From Nanobdellota archaeon (lineage in GTDB: Archaea; Nanobdellota; Nanobdellia; Woesearchaeales; B3-WOES), in contig JAGLZG010000078.1 in NCBI GenBank assembly GCA_023131705.1, positions 1-35,990 on the forward strand: a DNA stretch of 35,990 bases, in the 5' to 3' direction. The notes below the pieces were generated by a model that was given only the letters and a program-made list of their open reading frames with translations, did not search any database and was not told the origin of the DNA. A program made the position numbers and the translations under genes. Numbering within the stretch: the first letter of the stretch is position 1; every line of letters starts with the position of its first letter. Shown one piece after another: positions 35,487 to 35,990 of this stretch.

Positions 35487-35990
35487 ATGAAAATTATTTA
35501 CCCAGAATTTGAGAAAAAAAAAGAGATCGACATTGAGGAGATCAATGACTCCTCTTTCAAGGCATCATTCAACTCAATCAGTGAGGTTGAGATAGGTGAT
35601 CCTGACTCTCCTGATTTCATTCCTGAGATTAAGGTCAAGAAATGGAATGATACATTCCTCAAGATAAAATTCCCCTCCAGCAAGAAGCTCAATCCTGTGA
35701 AGGTCAAAAAGGAGGGCAAGCTCAAAAAAGTATACTGGAGAGATGAGATTGATGAGATTGATCTTGCCTTTTATCCAAAGAGTCCCTCAAAGCAATTTGA
35801 ATTTGGCTCATTGGAATTTGAGTTGATATATGGAAAAAAACCAGATTCCAATGTGATCATCCTGCCAATAGAGTCCAAAGGGCTCAGATATATCAAGCAG
35901 ATTCCTTTTGATCAGCAGAGCCTGTCCCCAGAGGATCAGGGAAGAATTGTGACCAGAGATGAGCTCAAGGGATATGATGCTGCTGGGAAA
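35487..35990 (+). CDS. Hypothetical protein, 3'-truncated
   Basis: Open for 168 codons to the window end: MKIIYPEF...EVEIGDPDSPDFIPEIKVKKWND...LEFELIYGKKPDSNVIILPIESKGL...; not in the track. Confidence 0.75.
   Translation, partial: MKIIYPEFEKKKEIDIEEINDSSFKASFNSISEVEIGDPDSPDFIPEIKVKKWNDTFLKIKFPSSKKLNPVKVKKEGKLKKVYWRDEIDEIDLAFYPKSPSKQFEFGSLEFELIYGKKPDSNVIILPIESKGLRYIKQIPFDQQSLSPEDQGRIVTRDELKGYDAAGK

Larger units (their letters stand above)
1..35990 (+). mobile_element. Tailed bacteriophage genome segment (contractile-tail, myovirus-type)
   Basis: Co-oriented terminase, portal, capsid, neck, baseplate, fibre, lysis and replication modules; no host housekeeping genes. Confidence 0.97.

Noticed and set aside
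519-35725. Numerous minus-strand and alternative-frame ORFs in the track
   Set aside because: They overlap well-supported plus-strand genes and lack motifs; scarce TA steps reduce chance stop codons
1-35990. tRNA/rRNA genes, integrase, CI repressor, DNA methyltransferase
   Set aside because: None recognised; lifestyle and the cause of CG depletion cannot be settled from this window

Overview
The window is most of a tailed (myovirus-type) phage genome, with every credible gene on the + strand. In order: end of the baseplate/tail-fibre module (1-8188); a lysis cassette of holin-like protein, M15 peptidase and patatin (8246-9869); early, replication and accessory genes behind three terminator-promoter-operator junctions (10038-25474); packaging and head genes (TerS, TerL, DUF1073 portal, gp7-like, DUF2213, decoration protein, DUF2184 capsid); and neck genes. 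Sheath, tube, tape measure, integrase and reverse transcriptase are not in the window. The backbone is strongly depleted in CG dinucleotides, so recently acquired DNA stands out. The best signal is a CG-containing island at 20764-21587. It is bounded by three integron attC-like hairpins, and its junctions follow the cassette-circle rule: GTTGGAGGA at 20809 is the exact reverse complement of TCCTCCAAC at 21041. The cassette ORFs are translated through the attC-like sites. Also notable are a ~90-aa domain shared (~58% identity) by baseplate J and the capsid decoration protein, a patatin in the lysis cassette, a solo Top6A/Spo11-like gene, and a repeated ACAACCTCA motif at late-gene junctions. 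All family calls come from motif recognition by eye; no searches were run.
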